The position numbers and the translations under genes are program-made. From Candidatus Taylorbacteria bacterium RIFCSPLOWO2_01_FULL_50_130 (GTDB taxonomy: Bacteria > Patescibacteriota > Minisyncoccia > Phycocordibacterales > UBA10002), in assembly GCA_001821155.1 (NCBI GenBank), contig MHSB01000044.1, positions 1 to 33,269 on the forward strand: 33,269 bases of DNA, in the 5' to 3' direction. Shown piece by piece: positions 32,397 through 33,269 of this stretch. The notes beneath the pieces were generated by a model, which was given only the letters and a program-made list of their open reading frames with translations, did not search any database and was not told the origin of the DNA. Each line of letters opens with the position of its first letter. Position 1 is the first letter of the stretch.

Positions 32397-33116
32397 TCAG
32401 TAGTGTGGCACATCCACACGTTCCGTTTCCATCATAATGTTTCCGTGCGGCGCATCTTGAGTCGCCGTGATTATACCTTCTTTTATCAGCTCAAGCATCG
32501 CCAAAAACCCCACAATTACTTGTACGCGGTTTCCCCTAAGGGCGCCGGCAAATTCCTTGAAACTTATTCGAAGCGCCGAGGAAACGCGTTCCTTCAATTT
32601 CTCTATCATCTGTTCAATGCTTATCGCTTTGCCTACAACCACCCTCTGGAGCGCCTCCGCCTTCGGCAGCGCCGCGATAATCGATTTCACGGCGCGAAGA
32701 AGGGTCGCCACCGACACACTGCGTGGAGGAGCGAATATCGGCTCCCTGTTCCTCTCCCGCGGAAGGTATAATGGCGAGCGTCCAAATAGCCGCCGCACGT
32801 GTCTCCCCAGTTCCCGAAAACGCTGCAGGAGTTTCAGGCGGCGCTCAAGTTCATCAATGCTCTCGGTTTCTTCCTCCGACAGCGCGAACTGCGGAAGAAG
32901 AGCTCGAGACTTTATGAGAAGCAAAGTCGAGACAATAAAGGCGAATTCAGCGCTTTCGGCAATTGAAATATCAGGGCGGTCCTTCGCGTACAGCAAAAAA
33001 TCATCCGTCACGCGGGAAAGGGCGATGTCGCTGATGTGGAGCTGTTTCTTCTCTATGACGGTAAGCAAAAGGTCGAGCGGCCCCTCAAATTTTTCCTGTT
33101 TGATTTCAAAAACCAT
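32397..33116 (-). CDS. scpA: segregation and condensation protein A
   Basis: FEGPLDLLLTVIEKKQLHISDIALSRVTDDFLLY.., the typical ScpA N-terminus. It is adjacent to scpB. Confidence 0.85.
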   Translation of the reverse strand: MVFEIKQEKFEGPLDLLLTVIEKKQLHISDIALSRVTDDFLLYAKDRPDISIAESAEFAFIVSTLLLIKSRALLPQFALSEEETESIDELERRLKLLQRFRELGRHVRRLFGRSPLYLPRERNREPIFAPPRSVSVATLLRAVKSIIAALPKAEALQRVVVGKAISIEQMIEKLKERVSSALRISFKEFAGALRGNRVQVIVGFLAMLELIKEGIITATQDAPHGNIMMETERVDVPHY

Positions 33117-33269
33117 CGCAAAATAGTAAGTAGATAGTAACTGGTGTCAGCAGCATGCGGAAAGGAAACGTTGCCCCGCTATAGGCCATAAATAACTGTT
33201 ACCGAAATCTCTGGTTACCGCGGGCGCGTTTTTGAATGCGAAAAATCTTTGTAATCAGGGTATCAATCT

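Overview
The window is 33.3 kb, roughly 50% GC by eye, and uses the standard genetic code (TGA ends grpE, the M23 gene and the 7955-9241 gene, and no conserved gene has an in-frame stop). Gene content and style suggest a small-genome CPR/Parcubacteria-like bacterium: short aaRS genes, a GFTLIELLVVISIV-type pilin, and conserved hypotheticals next to core genes. This assignment is inference only.

Plus-strand block: mnmA (3' end), a roughly 3.6-kb accessory or decaying stretch, pcm, alaS, two conserved hypotheticals, infA-rpmJ-rpsM-rpsK-rpsD-rpoA-rplQ, rplM-rpsI, grpE, dnaK, dnaJ, a capA-like gene, tRNA-Pro(CGG), a small acidic membrane protein, a DEDDh exonuclease and an SLT-like lytic transglycosylase.

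Minus-strand block: scpA, scpB, a D-Ala-D-Ala carboxypeptidase, mraY, ftsW, murG, gltX, then an M23 peptidase, a small ORF and a Xer-like recombinase.

Six things look unusual:
1. A tandem nuclease pair sits inside an island of pseudogenes: an ATP-cone fused to an Mrr-like endonuclease, followed by a 4-Cys Cas4-like PD-(D/E)XK nuclease.
2. Two MITE families have related termini and perfect 5-bp target-site duplications. Two of the copies sit in the loops of pre-existing hairpins.
3. Perfect 207-bp direct repeats bracket the Xer/M23 cassette. One copy starts 3 nt after the gltX stop.
4. A family of long imperfect intergenic palindromes separates the cistrons of the ribosomal-protein operon.
5. 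Several genes have a -10 hexamer exactly 6 nt before the ATG, which suggests leaderless mRNAs.
6. The chaperone genes are split by long ORF-poor spacers with no CIRCE element.

No CRISPR array, rRNA or confidently identifiable ncRNA gene was seen.
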